Assembly: GCA_947170495.1 (NCBI GenBank)
Contig: CAMVUB010000002.1
Span: forward strand, 11,781-75,780
Length of the DNA: 64,000 bases
Source: an uncultured Prevotellaceae bacterium
GTDB lineage: Bacteria > Bacteroidota > Bacteroidia > Bacteroidales > Bacteroidaceae
Direction: 5' to 3'
Made by a program: the position numbers and the translations under genes. The notes below the pieces were generated by a model. The model made no database searches. It was not told the origin of the DNA and saw nothing but the letters and a program-made list of their open reading frames with translations. Each line of letters opens with the position of its first letter. Position 1 is the first letter of the stretch. Shown piece by piece: positions 27,001 to 36,685 of this stretch.

Positions 27001-27711
27001 TTATAACACACTGGCTAAGCGGCTGAAGAACCAGATGTCCTCGGGGTTGGTGATCTTGAGGTTCACGCGCTCACCACGGGACTTATACAACGGCCAGTGG
27101 CCGAGCTCAGCCATGAGCGTATAGAGAGACTGCGAGGTGGTGACGCCACGCCTGTCAGCCTCGGCGAAAGCCTGCACGAGGGTGGCAAGGGGGAAGGTGT
27201 GAGGGGTTTGTGCGCCCCATAGCTGCTCGCGGGGGAACATCTCGGTGGCTTTCTCCTCATCGCCGGCCATATACGCTTCCTCGCCCTGCATGGCAGCGAT
27301 GGCGTTGCCGTGGAGAGTGCAGACGCGGATGCTGTCGCTGATGATGTCGGCAGAGACAAGAGGCCGCACGCCGTCATGGACAAGGACGACGGCATCGTCA
27401 GGTTCCGCATCGGCAAGTCCCTGAATGCCGTTGCGGAGGCTGTCAAAACTGCTCTCGCCACCGATGAACGTGCCTTTGAACTTACTGAATCCCAACTCGG
27501 CGGTAAAGCGTTCCACATAGGCGCGCCACTTGTCGCGACAGACCACATAGATGGCATCGATGAGCGGATGGCGGTCAAAGGTGCGCAGCGTGTAAGCCAA
27601 CACGGGGATGCCCTCAATCTGGACATACTGCTTGGGCACAGGCTGTTGTGCACGTGTGCCCTCGCCACCGGCAAGGATGAGAGCTATGTTATGGGATCGC
27701 GTCATGGGCAT
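27001..27711 (-). CDS. IspD/TarI-family cytidylyltransferase
   Basis: LILAGGEGTRAQQPVPKQY, VLVHDGVRP, QTPHTF and NLKITNPED motifs. VVCRDKW and GGESSFDS resemble TarI-type enzymes at least as much as MEP-pathway IspD. Confidence 0.75.
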   Translation of the reverse strand: MPMTRSHNIALILAGGEGTRAQQPVPKQYVQIEGIPVLAYTLRTFDRHPLIDAIYVVCRDKWRAYVERFTAELGFSKFKGTFIGGESSFDSLRNGIQGLADAEPDDAVVLVHDGVRPLVSADIISDSIRVCTLHGNAIAAMQGEEAYMAGDEEKATEMFPREQLWGAQTPHTFPLATLVQAFAEADRRGVTTSQSLYTLMAELGHWPLYKSRGERVNLKITNPEDIWFFSRLASVL

Positions 27712-27730
27712 TCGTCATGCGTTTCTATAG

Positions 27731-27802
27731 TACTCCCGAGGGGAATCGAACCCCTATCTAAAGTTTAGGAAACTTCTATTCTATCCGTTGAACTACAGGA
27801 GC
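27731..27802 (-). tRNA. tRNA-Arg (anticodon CCT)
   Basis: Folded by hand: GCTCCTG TA GTTC AACGGATA GAAT A GAAGT TTCCTAA ACTTT AGAT AGGGG TTCGATT CCCCT CGGGAGT A. 72 nt. Confidence 0.85.
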
Positions 27803-27865
27803 CCCTTGAATTCGGCCGCGAAGGTACTACTTTTTACGTTCGCGGCCAAATTTTCGTCCTAAAAC

Positions 27866-29203
27866 TTAGAACGTGATGGTAAATGCGGGGGCGTCGGAGT
27901 CTTCCTCAACGGCAGGCTCTTCCTCAACAATGGTGGTCTCGCGGTTGGATTTCTCCTGGATGCGACGCAGCTCCTCCTTCTTACGATCCACAGTGGGTGT
28001 GGACTCGACCATGGAAATGATATCATCGTTGTCGAGGTCGGTCTCAGCAAAGAGGAAGATCTGACGGCGTGGCTTCTGCGGACGGTTGTCGTCGCCGCCG
28101 TAATAGACCTGGCGACGCGTGTCGCGCTCTTCCTGTTCCTCCTCGCGCTGACGGCGTTCCTCTTCTTCTTCGCGTGTGCGACGATGCTCCACTTCCTCCA
28201 TGCCGGGAATGTTCTGGAGTCCGAAGCCGGATGCGAGGAGGGTGATCTTCACCTTGTCGCCGAGACTGTCGTCGGTACCCATACCCCACTTGGTCTCTAC
28301 GCAGTCCTGGTTGAACTTGCTCATGAAGTCGTTGACCTCGTTCATCTCCTCCATCGTGAGCTGGTTGTTCTGGTCGTTGCGGCTGAAGGTGATGTAGAAG
28401 AGCACCTTCTTGGAGTTGAAGATGTCGTTGTTGTTCAGTAGCGGGCTGTGGAGCGCTTCCTGGAAGGCCTTGGTGACACGGTTCTCGCCCTCGCCGTAGC
28501 CGGTGGACATGATGGCGACGCCGCCATCCTTGAGGACGGTCTTGACATCCTGAAAGTCCAGGTTGATGATGCCTCGCATGGTGATGATCTCGGCGATGCT
28601 CTTGGCAGCGATGCTGAGGGTGTCATCGGCCTTGGCGAAGCCGTTGAGGACGGTGAGTTCGGGGTATATCTCGCGCAGGCGTTCGTTGTTGATGACGAGG
28701 AGTGCATCCACGTGCTTGCTCATCTCCTCGACGCCGTCGAGCGCCTGGTCGATTTTCTTATGTCCTTCGAAGCGGAAGGGGATGGTGACGATACCTACAG
28801 TGAGGATGTCCAGCTCGCGGGCACACTGGGCCACGATGGGTGCCGCACCCGTTCCGGTGCCGCCGCCCATGCCTGCGGTGATGAAGGCCATGCGCGTGCC
28901 GTCGGTGAAGAGCTCGCGGATCTGGGGCAGCGAGTCGAGGGCGGCCTTGCGACCCACCTCAGGACGGTTGCCGGCACCGAGGCCCTCGCCCATCTGCAGC
29001 TTCATAGGCACGGGAGAATCCGTGAGTGCCTTATTATCGGTATTGCAAAGCACGTAGGTGACATCGTGGATGCCTTCGTTGAACATGTGGGTCACGGCAT
29101 TGCCGCCGCCACCGCCTACGCCCACCACCTTGATGATGCTGGGGTTATTGACTTTGAGGTTGAACTGGATGCCTCCAGGTTCGCTGATATTGAAATCTTC
29201 CAT
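27866..29203 (-). CDS. ftsZ: Cell division GTPase FtsZ
   Basis: GVGGGGGNAV, GGGTGTGAAP, and a long acidic C-terminal linker. Confidence 0.95.
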   Translation of the reverse strand: MEDFNISEPGGIQFNLKVNNPSIIKVVGVGGGGGNAVTHMFNEGIHDVTYVLCNTDNKALTDSPVPMKLQMGEGLGAGNRPEVGRKAALDSLPQIRELFTDGTRMAFITAGMGGGTGTGAAPIVAQCARELDILTVGIVTIPFRFEGHKKIDQALDGVEEMSKHVDALLVINNERLREIYPELTVLNGFAKADDTLSIAAKSIAEIITMRGIINLDFQDVKTVLKDGGVAIMSTGYGEGENRVTKAFQEALHSPLLNNNDIFNSKKVLFYITFSRNDQNNQLTMEEMNEVNDFMSKFNQDCVETKWGMGTDDSLGDKVKITLLASGFGLQNIPGMEEVEHRRTREEEEERRQREEEQEERDTRRQVYYGGDDNRPQKPRRQIFLFAETDLDNDDIISMVESTPTVDRKKEELRRIQEKSNRETTIVEEEPAVEEDSDAPAFTITF

Positions 29204-29242
29204 AGTTGTGTCGTTCAGTGTTACGGTCGTTCAACGTTCGGT

Positions 29243-30658
29243 TTACTTCTCTTCCACGAGGTCGGCAGCCAGGTCCTTGAACCATTTGCCCATGCGCGAG
29301 AAGGCACCAGGGCCTTTCGGTTTCGGCTCCTTCTTGGGCTCCTCGGGTTTCTCTTCGGGTTTCTCTGCGGGCTGTTCATCTGCAGCAGGAATCTCCTCGG
29401 TTCCCGCCTTGGGCTGCATCACCACACCGCCTTCCTTAGCGGCGGAGAGGCCTGTGATGGTGGGCTCCTCCTTGCCGGCGGGCTCGAAGAGATCGGGCTG
29501 GATGGGGCGCTCGCTGGTGCACTCGTCATCGCCACGACGCAACATCGCCACGAGGGTGGCCAGGGTGTTGGTCTGGGGATCGAGACGCAGATTGGTGGTG
29601 TATTCTGCGGTAGCCGGCATCATGCGGGTCTTTACCTTGTCGAAATGATGGTAGCGGACGAAGGCGGTCTCCAACTGACGCATATTGGCTGCGCCACCCG
29701 TGAAGATAACGCCCGACAGGAGACGGTCCGAGTAGTTCTTGATCTGTTCCCACACGTTGTACAGGATTTCCTGCTGGCGTGCTTCCACGATGTTGAGGAT
29801 GCGCTTCTCCTCTACTCGGCGGTCGTTGCTGATGTTGATGGTCTGTGCCTCGGGCATGTCGGCCTCCTCGGTGTATGCCGAGCCATGGGTGCGCTTGAGG
29901 TTCTCAGCTTCTTCATGCTCGATATGCAGGGTTGAGGCGATGTCGGTGGTGATATTGTCGCCGCCGAGGGGGATGACTGCCAGGTGGCGCAGGATGTTCT
30001 TCTCATAGATAATGACTGTGGTCGTCTCGGCACCGAAATCCACGAGGGCGCATCCGGAGCGCTTCTCAGGGTCGCTCAGCAGGTAGCCTGCCAGCAAGAG
30101 GGGCGAGATGAAGATGTCCAGCGGCTCCAGCTTGGCACCTTCGAGGCAGCGGCGCACGTTGTCGCAGAGCACCTTACGCGCCACGATGTTCTTGAAGCAG
30201 CCCTCGATGTGGTCGGCCATAATGCCCACAGGATCCATCGTGAGGTGATTCCCTACGCGATACTCCTGTGTCACGAAATCTAAGATCTCAGCATTGGGAT
30301 AAGGCTGCAGGCGGTTCTCATCACGAAGGCTGTCGATGATCTCATCGTTGATGGCCACCTTCACATCAAGCTGACGCTTGACGGTGTTACCGATCGTGCG
30401 GAGCGACTGTCCGGTGACACCGACATAGACCTTATTGACAAACACCTTCTGGCGCTCCTCGATGCGCTTGATGACAGCGGCAATGGCCTGAATGGTCTTG
30501 TCAATGTTATACACAACCCCCTTGTGAATGCTGTCGGGGGCACTTTCTTTTTCGAAGCTCAGGATTTGCAGGCTTCCGTCAGGTTTCTTCTGACCAATCA
30601 TAGCACGGATGGCTGATGATCCGAGCTCAAGGACTACAATGTTCTTTTCTACTCCCAT
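29243..30658 (-). CDS. ftsA: Cell division protein FtsA
   Basis: Actin-like ATPase fold motifs and a C-terminal amphipathic helix (GKWFKDLAADLV). Position in the dcw order supports the call. Confidence 0.9.
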   Translation of the reverse strand: MGVEKNIVVLELGSSAIRAMIGQKKPDGSLQILSFEKESAPDSIHKGVVYNIDKTIQAIAAVIKRIEERQKVFVNKVYVGVTGQSLRTIGNTVKRQLDVKVAINDEIIDSLRDENRLQPYPNAEILDFVTQEYRVGNHLTMDPVGIMADHIEGCFKNIVARKVLCDNVRRCLEGAKLEPLDIFISPLLLAGYLLSDPEKRSGCALVDFGAETTTVIIYEKNILRHLAVIPLGGDNITTDIASTLHIEHEEAENLKRTHGSAYTEEADMPEAQTINISNDRRVEEKRILNIVEARQQEILYNVWEQIKNYSDRLLSGVIFTGGAANMRQLETAFVRYHHFDKVKTRMMPATAEYTTNLRLDPQTNTLATLVAMLRRGDDECTSERPIQPDLFEPAGKEEPTITGLSAAKEGGVVMQPKAGTEEIPAADEQPAEKPEEKPEEPKKEPKPKGPGAFSRMGKWFKDLAADLVEEK

Positions 30659-30704
30659 GACCGTTTGTATGTTTAATGATTATTTGACGATGAAAGATGG
30701 TTGA

Positions 30705-31436
30705 TTAGCGTTTCGTGCAGATGACTTGATCGTGGAACTTCAGGTTGATGGTTTTATACTTATTCCACCCGGCCTTATCAAGACCTTCGGTGTAGAACGT
30801 CCTCATGCGGGCGAGCTTGTTGTCGAGCTCCGAGGTGTCACCCAGCTGGATGATATGGTCGCCCACACGCGGTGTGATCTCTATCTCACCGGCGCTGGTG
30901 ATGTGTATCTCCTCGATCTGCTGGTTCCAGAAAGCGTCCTTGGAAAGCATCCTGCCCATCGGCGCATAAAGACGACCTGCTGTCTTCTTGTTGACATTGC
31001 CTGTCATGACGATGAGGTCTATCTGATGGTGGCCACGTGGCATGATGCCGCCGCAGTTGTCGATGTAGAAGTCTTCGCCGGCACTGTTCAGCACATGCAG
31101 CATAGGGATGCGCGGCGTCACCTGAATACCTACGCGCCCGTCGGCAGCGAGATAGCAGAGTGCCTGGTCGATATAGGGGCTCGCCACCAGCACCTTCTCC
31201 ATCTTTGCCAAGTCGATGTCCTGGATGGCCTTACCCTCGGGGAACAGCTTATTGGCGACCAGCATCTCACGCACCTCATTCTCCGTGATGAAGCCCGTGG
31301 AGTCGGGGTCATGCACGATGATGCCCAAACCACGGCACACCTGATTCTCATCGCTGCGGTTAAACATAGCGACAGCAAAGACGAGATAGGCTCCAACGCC
31401 GATCAGGATGCACACTTTCAGGATGGTCTTCCACAT
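30705..31436 (-). CDS. ftsQ: Cell division protein FtsQ
   Basis: A single N-terminal TM segment plus a POTRA-like domain. Lies between murC and ftsA. Confidence 0.75.
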   Translation of the reverse strand: MWKTILKVCILIGVGAYLVFAVAMFNRSDENQVCRGLGIIVHDPDSTGFITENEVREMLVANKLFPEGKAIQDIDLAKMEKVLVASPYIDQALCYLAADGRVGIQVTPRIPMLHVLNSAGEDFYIDNCGGIMPRGHHQIDLIVMTGNVNKKTAGRLYAPMGRMLSKDAFWNQQIEEIHITSAGEIEITPRVGDHIIQLGDTSELDNKLARMRTFYTEGLDKAGWNKYKTINLKFHDQVICTKR

Positions 31437-31440
31437 ATTC

Positions 31441-31491
31441 AGTTGAGGGTTGAGAGTTGAGGGTTGAGAGTTGAGGGTTAGAGGGTTGAGA
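31441..31491 (+). repeat. Word-repeat spacer (TTGAGGG/TTGAGAG x7) at murC-ftsQ junction
   Basis: Tandem heptamers that overlap the murC stop codon. Confidence 0.8.
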
Positions 31492-32842
31492 CAAGGGCGG
31501 CGATGTCCGCTGAGTAGTCTTCGAGATCACCGGCACCGAGGGTCATGAGGACATCAAACGGGGTGTTGCGAACGACCTCAACGACATCTGCCTTTTGAAT
31601 CAGGCGCCCTTTGACACCAGGACGCAAGTTGTCGAGGATGAGCTGACTGGTGACACCCGGGATGGGAAGCTCGCGGGCAGGATATATCTCTGTGAGGATG
31701 ACTTCATCGAGGAGCGAGAGGGCATCTGCGAACTCGCGGTAGAAGTCGCGTGTACGAGTATAGAGATGTGGCTGGAAGATACCTACGATGCGACGACCGG
31801 CATACACCTCACGGATGCTCTCGATGCATTTGCGCAGCTCCTCGGGATGATGGGCGTAGTCGCTGAGATAGGCCTTGCGCTCGTTCTTCACACGGAAGTC
31901 GAAGCGACGCTCCACGCCAAAGAAGGAGGCCATGCCACGACGGATCTCGTCGGCCTTAACGCCGGCAATCTGCGCCAACGCCATTGCCGCAATGCCATTC
32001 TCAATATTGACACTCACCGGCACGCCCAAGCTGATATCGCTGATATTCCCGAGGGGCGACACGAGGTCGAAGACAATCTGTCCATTGCCGATGCGGACAT
32101 TGTCGGCATGGAAGTCACCATGCTCACGGGAGTAGGTGTAGGTGGTGACGCCTGCAGGAACATTGGGCTGCATCTTCAGCCCCTCGTGAATCACCAGGAA
32201 ACCGTTGGGGCGAATGAGCTCCGTATAGTGGCGGAAGCTTTCGAGGTAAGCCTCCTCGGTGCCGTAGATGTCCAGATGGTCGGGGTCTGTGGCCGTGATG
32301 ACGGTGGCAAAGGGCGCCAACCAATGGAAGGAGCGGTCGAATTCATCAGCCTCGATGACCACATAGTCACTTTTGGGTGCCAAGATGTAGTTGGTGCCGT
32401 AGTTCTTGGTGATGCCGCCAAGGAAGGCGTTGCAATCGACATGGCTCTGGTGGAGCAGGTGGGCGGTCATGCTGCTGGTCGTGGTCTTGCCATGGGTGCC
32501 GGCCACACAAAGACCTTTGTGGTCGTGGGTGAGCGTTCCCAGCACCTGTGCACGCTTCTGGATATCGAAGCCCCCGGCACGGAAGAACTGCAGTTCTGTG
32601 TGTTCTGCGGGAATGGCGGGGGTATAGATGACGAGGGTCGCGTGAGCATCCTTACATGCTTGGGGGATGAGGTTGACATCATCCTCATAGTGTACGAGAG
32701 CACCTTCATGCTCCAGTTCACGGGTGAGGGCACTCGGGGTCTTATCGTAGCCACCCACGATGAGGCCACGCTGCAAATAGTAACGGGCGATGGCACTCAT
32801 GCCAATGCCGCCAATACCTATGAAATAAACTGCACTATACAT
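31478..32842 (-). CDS. murC: UDP-N-acetylmuramate--L-alanine ligase
   Basis: FIGIGGIGMSA, GTHGKTTT. Confidence 0.9.
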   Translation of the reverse strand: MYSAVYFIGIGGIGMSAIARYYLQRGLIVGGYDKTPSALTRELEHEGALVHYEDDVNLIPQACKDAHATLVIYTPAIPAEHTELQFFRAGGFDIQKRAQVLGTLTHDHKGLCVAGTHGKTTTSSMTAHLLHQSHVDCNAFLGGITKNYGTNYILAPKSDYVVIEADEFDRSFHWLAPFATVITATDPDHLDIYGTEEAYLESFRHYTELIRPNGFLVIHEGLKMQPNVPAGVTTYTYSREHGDFHADNVRIGNGQIVFDLVSPLGNISDISLGVPVSVNIENGIAAMALAQIAGVKADEIRRGMASFFGVERRFDFRVKNERKAYLSDYAHHPEELRKCIESIREVYAGRRIVGIFQPHLYTRTRDFYREFADALSLLDEVILTEIYPARELPIPGVTSQLILDNLRPGVKGRLIQKADVVEVVRNTPFDVLMTLGAGDLEDYSADIAALVSTL

Positions 32843-32853
32843 ACTCCTCTTGT

Positions 32854-33960
32854 TTATTCCGCCAGTTTAATGACTTCTTCTGCTATGACCTGTGCTGAAT
32901 TCTTTAGCCCCATCGCCAGCGCGTTGTTGCCCAGACGGCTGAGCGCGGCATCATCGGTGGCCATCGTAAGCGCCAGCGGGATGAGTTGCTCACGCGCCTC
33001 AGCATCGCGGACAATCAAGGCTGCCTCCTTGTTGACAAGCGCCATCGCGTTGTGCGTCTGGTGGTCCTCAGCCACATTGGGCGAAGGCACCAGGATGGAA
33101 GCCTTGCCCAGCAGGCAGAGCTCGGAGATGCTGCTGGCACCGGCACGGCTGATGACCAGGTCGGCAGCGCGGTAGGCCTCGTCCATGTGCTGTATGAAAT
33201 CTGTCACCTTCAGGTTGGCGGGGCATCCTTTCTCGGTGAGCTGACGCTTGATGTTCTCGAAGTAATAGCCACCCGTCTGCCAGATGAACTGCACCTTGCT
33301 GTTCGTGATCTGCTGCAGGTTTTCCATCACACTGTAGTTGATGGTGCGGGCTCCCAGGCTGCCGCCGATGATGAGCACCACGGGACGGATGGGATTGAAG
33401 CCCAGCTTGGTGACGGCTTCGGCACGTGAAAGCTTGCAGTCCAGCAGCTGCTGCCGCACAGGATTGCCCGTGAGCATGATCTTCTCCTTGGGGAAGAAAC
33501 GCTCCATGCCCTCATAAGCCACACAGATCTTCTTCGCCGACTTGGCCAACAGCTTGTTGGTGACACCGGCATATGAGTTCTGCTCCTGAATGAGCGTGGG
33601 AACATGCATGGCTGCAGCCATGTTGAGCGTGGGACCACTGGCATAGCCACCCACGCCGACAGCTACCTGCGGACGGAAGTCCTTGATGATGCGGCGAGCC
33701 ATCCGACGGCTCTTCCACAGCTTCCACAACACACTGACATTACGCCATAAATGCTGGCGGTCGAAGCCCGCCACGGGCAGACCGATAATCTTGTAACCCG
33801 CTGCCGGCACACGCTGCATCTCCATACGACCTTCAGCACCGACAAACAGAATTTCACTATCGGGGCGCAACGCCTTGATGGCATTGGCTATGCTAAGGGC
33901 GGGGAAGATATGGCCACCTGTGCCACCGCCACTGACAATCACTCTAAGGGGTTGATTCAT
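32854..33960 (-). CDS. murG: Undecaprenyl-PP-MurNAc-pentapeptide GlcNAc transferase
   Basis: SGGGTGGHIFPAL. First ATG is at 33960; the track uses TTG 33972. Confidence 0.9.
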   Translation of the reverse strand: MNQPLRVIVSGGGTGGHIFPALSIANAIKALRPDSEILFVGAEGRMEMQRVPAAGYKIIGLPVAGFDRQHLWRNVSVLWKLWKSRRMARRIIKDFRPQVAVGVGGYASGPTLNMAAAMHVPTLIQEQNSYAGVTNKLLAKSAKKICVAYEGMERFFPKEKIMLTGNPVRQQLLDCKLSRAEAVTKLGFNPIRPVVLIIGGSLGARTINYSVMENLQQITNSKVQFIWQTGGYYFENIKRQLTEKGCPANLKVTDFIQHMDEAYRAADLVISRAGASSISELCLLGKASILVPSPNVAEDHQTHNAMALVNKEAALIVRDAEAREQLIPLALTMATDDAALSRLGNNALAMGLKNSAQVIAEEVIKLAE

Positions 33961-34055
33961 TATCTCTCTCAATTTGGGTGCAAAATTAATAATAATTCTC
34001 TTATGATGAATGATTTGGCTCCACTTTTTTACGCTTTCAAGTCATTTTTCTGCAC

Positions 34056-35264
34056 TTAGATGGCAGATGTGGTCACCTCACCGTTCTGACGAGCCGATTG
34101 ACTGATGGAAATCATCATGCCGATATAGGCACAATTCACCATGATGGACGAGCCGCCACGACTCACGAGCGGCAAGGGTTGTCCGGTGACGGGGAAGAGC
34201 CCCACGGCGACCATCATGTTGATGAGTGCCTGCGTCACGATGAGCAGCGCAAGCCCCAAGATGAGGAAGGCCGGGAAGTTCTTTTCACACCTGCTGGCGA
34301 TACGCGCCGCTCGGTACAGCAAAGCGATATAGAGCAGGAGGACAAAGGCACCGCCGATGAGGCCCAGCTCTTCGATGATGATGGCAAAGATGAAGTCGGA
34401 GTAAGCCTGCGGCAGGAAATCACGCACCTTGGAATTACCCGGTCCACAGCCTATCAACCCACTGGTGGCCACGGCAATGTGGGCCTGCGTAATCTGGGGG
34501 TTGGTGTTCAGGTCGAATTCATTGGGGTCTTCGGGCATCTCCGTGTGGTTGCGCACACGGTGTGCCCACGTGGGCAGACGCTTGAGGCCTGGATAGGTGC
34601 TGACCTTCTCCAGGGTTTCTTCAGGCGTGAAGGCCAGCACGGAATAGCCCGCCGAGCCTACGATGGCGAGGAACCCGATGAGCGCGCCCAACTGCTTCCA
34701 GGGCACATTACCCACGAACATCATCATCAGAATGACGATGAAAGTGAACATGGCCGTAGAAAGGTTCTCCTTGACAATCAGACCACAGATGATGATGGAG
34801 AAGCCCATTATCCACTTAAAGGCCTGCGAGGTGGCACCCTTCTCATTACGCATCACGCTGAGCAGCCACGCCACCACGACCACCAAAGAGCCTTTGGCAA
34901 TCTCCGAGGGCTGGAACGAGAAGCCACCGACGCTAAGCCAGCGGTTGGTGTCGTTCAGGCTGCCCGAAGAGAACAGCGCCAACAGCAACAGCAGGACGCT
35001 GAGAATGGGACCTATCACGACCACCCATCCGAAGAAACGGCAGGGGATGCGATGGATGACCCAGGTGATGGCCACGCCAAGAGCCAGATAGAGACCATGT
35101 TTGAGCACAGGGCTCCAGTAGGCTCCCTTCTCAAAGGTCATATTACTGGAGGCACTATACACTTCGAGGATGGAGATGATGCACAAGAAGAAGAGCACCA
35201 TCCAAAGAACCTTATCGCCCTCGAAGAGCCTGCCGATATTCACTGTTTTATTACCGATGGACAT
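34056..35264 (-). CDS. ftsW: SEDS-family peptidoglycan polymerase FtsW
   Basis: Polytopic, with the SEDS C-terminal block PVTGQPLPLVSRGGSS. ATG 35264 is preferred to TTG 35288. Confidence 0.85.
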   Translation of the reverse strand: MSIGNKTVNIGRLFEGDKVLWMVLFFLCIISILEVYSASSNMTFEKGAYWSPVLKHGLYLALGVAITWVIHRIPCRFFGWVVVIGPILSVLLLLLALFSSGSLNDTNRWLSVGGFSFQPSEIAKGSLVVVVAWLLSVMRNEKGATSQAFKWIMGFSIIICGLIVKENLSTAMFTFIVILMMMFVGNVPWKQLGALIGFLAIVGSAGYSVLAFTPEETLEKVSTYPGLKRLPTWAHRVRNHTEMPEDPNEFDLNTNPQITQAHIAVATSGLIGCGPGNSKVRDFLPQAYSDFIFAIIIEELGLIGGAFVLLLYIALLYRAARIASRCEKNFPAFLILGLALLIVTQALINMMVAVGLFPVTGQPLPLVSRGGSSIMVNCAYIGMMISISQSARQNGEVTTSAI

Positions 35265-35297
35265 AGGACTATCTTTCTCTATTATCAATTATCAATA

Positions 35298-36629
35298 TTA
35301 TAGTGCTCTGGCGAGGCTCTTGAATTGCTCGCCGCGATCTTCCATATTCTTGAACAAGTCAAAGCTGGCACAACAGGGTGAGAGCAGCACCGTATCACCC
35401 GGGGAGGCCATCTTGTAGCAGGCAGCGATGCAGTCTTTCATGCTGTGTGTCTCGGCGGTGGGAATGCCCATGGGGTCGAAGAACTCATGCAGTTTGCGAT
35501 TATCGACACCCAGGAAGACGAGGCCCTTGCACTTCTTGGCAACGAGCTCCTTGATCTGGTTGTAGTCGTTGCCCTTGTCCAAACCTCCCAGGATGAGGAT
35601 GGTGGGCTGCGTCATGCTCTCCAGCGCATACCAGCACGCATCGACATTCGTGGCCTTGGAGTCGTTGATGAAAGTGACACCATGCACCTTGCAGGTGAAC
35701 TCCAGGCGGTGCTCCACACCCTCGAAGTCGCTAAGGCTCTCACGGATGACATCGTTGGAGATACCGCTGAGGTCTGCCGTGATGCCCGCTGCCAGGGAGT
35801 TGTACATATTGTGCTTGCCAGTCAAGGCCAGCGACTCCTGCTCCATGTTGAAAGGCGTGGGACGCTCGATATGGTACTCGCCATCAGCGATGTAGCCTAT
35901 CATACCTTCCTTCTCGATGATGCTGAAGGGGCACATCCGGCTCTCGATATGGTATTTCTCCAATTCCCCCTTAATGATGGGGTCGTCGTTCCAGAACACG
36001 AAGGCATCATCCTTCGTCTGGTTCTGCAGAATACGCATCTTGGAGTCTGTGTAGTTCTGCATGCAGTTGTCATAACGGTCGAGATGGTCGGGCGTGATGT
36101 TGAGCAACACGGCGATATTGGCGCGGAAGTCATACATGTTATCCAACTGGAAGCTGGATAACTCTATTACATAGTATTCATGGGGATCCTCAGCCACCTG
36201 CAACGCCAAGCTATGACCTATATTTCCGGCGAGGCCTACATCGTAGCCTGCCTTCTTGAAGATGTGGAAAATCAGGCTCGTCGTGGTCGTCTTGCCATTC
36301 GAACCTGTGATGCAGATCATCTTGGAGTGCGTATAGCGTCCTGCAAATTCTATCTCACTGATGATGGGAATACCTGCATCTTTTATCTTGCGAATCATCG
36401 GTGCCGTATCCGGAATGCCAGGACTCTTGATGATCTCGTCGGCATTCAGGATCTTCGCTTCGGTGTGTTGTCCCTCCTCCCAGGGGATGTGGTGCTCATC
36501 GAGCATTGCCTGGTAGTGAGGCTTGATCTTTCCCATGTCGGTGACAAACACATCAAAGCCTTCTTTCTGGGCGAGTACGGCTGCGCCCACACCGCTCTCC
36601 GCGGCACCAAGTATAACAATTCTACTCAT
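35298..36629 (-). CDS. murD: UDP-N-acetylmuramoylalanine--D-glutamate ligase
   Basis: ILGAAESGVGAA, GSNGKTTT. Confidence 0.9.
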   Translation of the reverse strand: MSRIVILGAAESGVGAAVLAQKEGFDVFVTDMGKIKPHYQAMLDEHHIPWEEGQHTEAKILNADEIIKSPGIPDTAPMIRKIKDAGIPIISEIEFAGRYTHSKMICITGSNGKTTTTSLIFHIFKKAGYDVGLAGNIGHSLALQVAEDPHEYYVIELSSFQLDNMYDFRANIAVLLNITPDHLDRYDNCMQNYTDSKMRILQNQTKDDAFVFWNDDPIIKGELEKYHIESRMCPFSIIEKEGMIGYIADGEYHIERPTPFNMEQESLALTGKHNMYNSLAAGITADLSGISNDVIRESLSDFEGVEHRLEFTCKVHGVTFINDSKATNVDACWYALESMTQPTILILGGLDKGNDYNQIKELVAKKCKGLVFLGVDNRKLHEFFDPMGIPTAETHSMKDCIAACYKMASPGDTVLLSPCCASFDLFKNMEDRGEQFKSLARAL

Positions 36630-36630
36630 A

Positions 36631-36685
36631 TATCTTTAATCTTTAATCTCTAATCTTTAATCCTTAATCCTTAATCCTTAATCCA
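36631..36685 (+). repeat. Word-repeat spacer (ATCTTTA/ATCCTTA x8) at mraY-murD junction
   Basis: Fills the whole intergenic gap. It is the reverse complement of the array at 25483-25520. Confidence 0.8.

Noticed and set aside
28448-29935. A 495-aa plus-strand ORF opposite ftsZ/ftsA. Similar long shadow ORFs lie at 31595-33175, 34098-35303, 37968-39095, 39473-41020, 46852-48081, 4338-5624, 6354-7577, 12703-13707, 8772-9629 and 24380-25102.
   Set aside because: Each lies antisense to a gene with strong family motifs and shows the same antisense-type composition. None has its own promoter box or a recognisable domain.
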